Assembly: GCA_017499595.2 (NCBI GenBank)
Contig: CM039002.1
Span: 2,914,001 to 2,978,000 of the forward strand
From: Psilocybe cubensis
Taxonomy: Eukaryota
DNA: 64,000 nt
Direction of reading: 5' to 3'
Position 1 is the first letter of the stretch. The number at the start of each line of letters is the position of its first letter. Below are positions 61,045 through 64,000 of the stretch, one piece after another. The position numbers were made by a program, and so were the translations under genes. Below the pieces are notes generated by a model. The model saw nothing but the letters and a program-made list of their open reading frames with translations. It was not told the DNA's origin and ran no database searches.

Positions 61045-63357
61045 GGATGTTGGCGGAGATGGTCGTGGTAAGTGGTCAAGTGCTCTTGTTCGCTGTTCGT
61101 GTGCCGTTAGTTTTTGCGCACGGCTCCTGCCACGTGACTTCTTTATTCTTGACGCGTCCGCCAAACAAAAGCTGACAGGAAATAGGAGGTCTGGCACAGT
61201 TTTTGGTCAGTAAAACGTGTGATATGTGTCTATAGCTTTAATACTATGAATATACACTTTTATCATTTTTAAAGTGCAAAGTCGGTCATCACAGGATACC
61301 CCAAAGGTGCCTTCGGCTTTTCGGCAATTCATTGATCACTCGCACCGCCACCACGAGGCTTCTTTAGATGTCTTGGCACTGTTTGTTTGAGCTCATCCAA
61401 ATCGTTCAAACCCTGTTCAGATGATTGTGAAAACATTTGGACACATTTTACCTCACAGGTATGTAGTAGTTGACGTTGTGGGTGCCTATATACTGCAATT
61501 TTTATAGGCTTTCATTTTGACAACAAATCTAGTTGAATCATGATGGGCCATCTCGGACTCCGATGTTGCCATCAAGGTCCTAACTTCGATGTCATATGGA
61601 CTGGTTAAGCATGGGTCATTTCCCATCGATACAGGTACTTTTAAAATATATAATGACTCTGGTATGGGAGGATAAAGTCAGGCGTCCTTTCTGCCAGTGT
61701 GGATTTACCCACCCTAGCCGACGAAAAATAGGCGCCCATGACTCGGCCGACGAGATCTGCGGAAGCTCGAGAATGAAGATCGAACGTTCAGTGACAGACT
61801 AGGGGTGTGAGCAGGTGGATTATCCACTCGGGACTAACCACTGTCTTGGTTCAAAGACGCCCAGGATATAGATATAGTGTCTAAAATTAAGTATCTGTTA
61901 GAACTCCAGAAACAATCCTCCAAAAAACGGTGAAATGACTTGTTGGGCTCTTCAATGAAATTCCAAGTCCAAATTTAACCAAGATAAAAATGGTGAGAGG
62001 GACTCATTATATTCGTTTATCTTTGCGATGATGACGGAGTCTGGTAAATTGGATGCTGTCGGACCAACGACAGGCCATCCGATGGATCCAGGGCATTACC
62101 ATTCCAACCAGGAGTGACAACTGACGGGACGGAGATGGGAGAGGGGAGAGGGGCGAGTAAGGGGAGAAGAAGTCGACATGTAGTCTTACAGGAAGCAATA
62201 GCAGGCGGGGCGCAACCAAAGACCGTAAACAGAACAGACCCTCCTTTAACAGTCAGAACTGCGCCACCAGCCCACAGATGCTCCGCTGGCAGTGTGACTG
62301 GACTTAAAGAAACCGTTACCTTAGCATTACGAGAAACAGTCAGCCTAGTAGCTTTTTCCTGGCTGTTATGCCGTACACAAAGCTGACAGCATTGATTGGC
62401 CGAGACACGAGAAATATGCCGCATAGTGTAGCTTTTTTCCTTTTGCTGTGCTGCTTGATATGATGGTAAAATACACTGTGCGATCATAGAGAGGACACAG
62501 GCTATATCTCTGAGCTAGAGGTGGCACAAAATGTCGCTCAGTATTGCCAAAGTATCAGTTACCAGCTAAACGGTGTGTGGAAGGATGACCATGCGAGCTC
62601 AGAACATGAGCTTGTAGTGTGGCTGGTTTAACATATAGTTTAAAGTTATAATTCACCCTTTTACCAGCCTAATGCTAAGTTTTAAGGATATACATGTATG
62701 GCACGCTAGTAAGATATTAGTCGGTGGATCGATGAGTTATAGGTATACATAGCTAACCTGACTGAATCAAAAAGGTAGATAATCCCATTGAACCTGAGTT
62801 CCCAAGTCCATTGGGTTCTCTGATCATATAGCGACATCACATTGCACGTAAACCCGAGTTTTTCGGTGCTTGGATCTGTGGGATGGGATACATGCAGGCC
62901 TCGCCGTCGAGGAGACAGGTTCGAACCTCCATTGTAGCTTGTTTGGTTTCTCAGTTCATCTCGCCGAAACCCCATCCAGAAGAGAAACCGAACCAGAAAT
63001 CTCATCCCACACTAATTGCAAATTGCACCAGACCAGGGGCCTGGGACTAGAAAGCACAATTTCGAACAACGACAGGGATACCTCGATGCAGTAAAAAAAT
63101 AGACACCGCCTTCCAGGATTTAACTTTCGAACCAACGTTGTTGAGATAAATTTGTCATTAAAAAAAACTTTGGGACCAGCCGGCTGGTTCCAACGAGCAT
63201 TTTTGCGTAAACAGGAAGCCATCTTCGCCATGCGTGAAGTTGTTAGACAAGATAAATCAGGGGCTAGAAAAGTACAAGAGTGTCATTGAGTGAGTTTGTA
63301 GTACATCTTTTCATTTATCGCGGAGATGCCCTTAAGTCGATGGGTGGTGCCATTGAA

Positions 63358-64000
63358 TTACGGCTTTCCACATGAATCGATGACATATTGTCGCGCCTTT
63401 CTCTGTTCGGAGCCTCCGACACCTTCCATAGCTTCAGGAGTCTCTTCATCCAGGTTTTCCTGTAGGGAGATGTGAAAGCGCCATCGATGTCAGACTATTC
63501 ATTCTCACTGCGGTAAAAGAGGGGTATCAAAAGGACTAACGCGTGTTCGATCTGCACCTGCGTTGATAAGAACTACAGCTGCTTCTGCATGAGCCGAGTC
63601 CATGGCAAGATGCAAAGGGGTATTTCCTGTACACATACGAACATGCGATAAAAATAACGAATGAGAATAAGAGTCGTGGGTTTTGAAATGTATGCAGATG
63701 GGCAAAAAGAGCAACTTACCAATTCGATCAGCCGTATTTAGGCGCAGCTTGTTGGACGGGGTCGACGATTCAATAAGAAGACGAATAAATCCCACAGAAC
63801 CGGTGGTGGCAGCCCGATGTCTAAAAAGATGGAGGAAGTATTTCCAGCCCTTCGAAGCATTTAAAAAGGACAAAAAGACAGCGTACAAAGGGAGTTGATT
63901 GGCCTTATCCCGTGCGTTGTACTTCGACAAAGTTTCAGAACTCCTCGGTCATGAACAAACCGTCAAAAATACGTACGTCTGCGCCCCTCGAAATCAGGAG
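63358..64000 (-). CDS. Ankyrin-repeat protein, 3' part; resembles proteasome chaperone Nas6/gankyrin
   Basis: NARDKANQLPLHRAATTGSVGFIRLL, NTADRIGNTPLHLAMDSAHAEAAVVLINAGAD, ENLDEETPE...SCGKP*. The 5' end is outside the window. Confidence 0.8.

Noticed and set aside
61600-63231. Possible minus-strand spliced gene (ORFs 62017-62487, 62706-63005, 62956-63231)
   Set aside because: Some splice-like signals, but no coherent frame or homology that I can support.
1-64000. tRNA, rRNA, CRISPR arrays, LTR or TIR elements
   Set aside because: None recognised by eye; a covariance-model search was not possible.

Overview
Eukaryotic, intron-rich DNA with Agaricomycete-type gene families, so probably a mushroom-forming basidiomycete. 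(1) 1-~14.2 kb: an apparently intact Helitron-like rolling-circle transposon. It has an intronless RepHel ORF of more than 2,400 codons on the minus strand that runs off the left edge and is therefore missing from the ORF track. It also carries two spliced accessory genes, one ending in a possible phage-SSB-like module with an acidic tail, and a candidate hairpin+CTAG terminus near 14.1 kb. (2) 14.8-46.3 kb: seven AgaK1-type kinase paralogs in two arms pointing away from a central block (four on minus, three on plus). They are interleaved with three copies of an unrecognised helical protein family and show gene-conversion-like mosaics and gene fragments at the duplication junctions. (3) The central block holds an LRR protein, an AGC-type kinase with signal peptide, short ectodomain and TM segment (receptor-kinase-like architecture, unusual for fungi), a putatively secreted protein with ADP-ribosyltransferase-like motifs, a DUF4139 protein, POP5, BioF and HSP20. 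(4) 46.5-64 kb: class-3 lipase, a second ART-like paralog, a GGQ peptidyl-tRNA hydrolase, a DUF1996 protein with a 2-nt microexon, a SIM+RING protein and the 3' part of an ankyrin (Nas6-like) gene. Gene models were spliced by eye, so exon boundaries and some starts are provisional. No database search was run.
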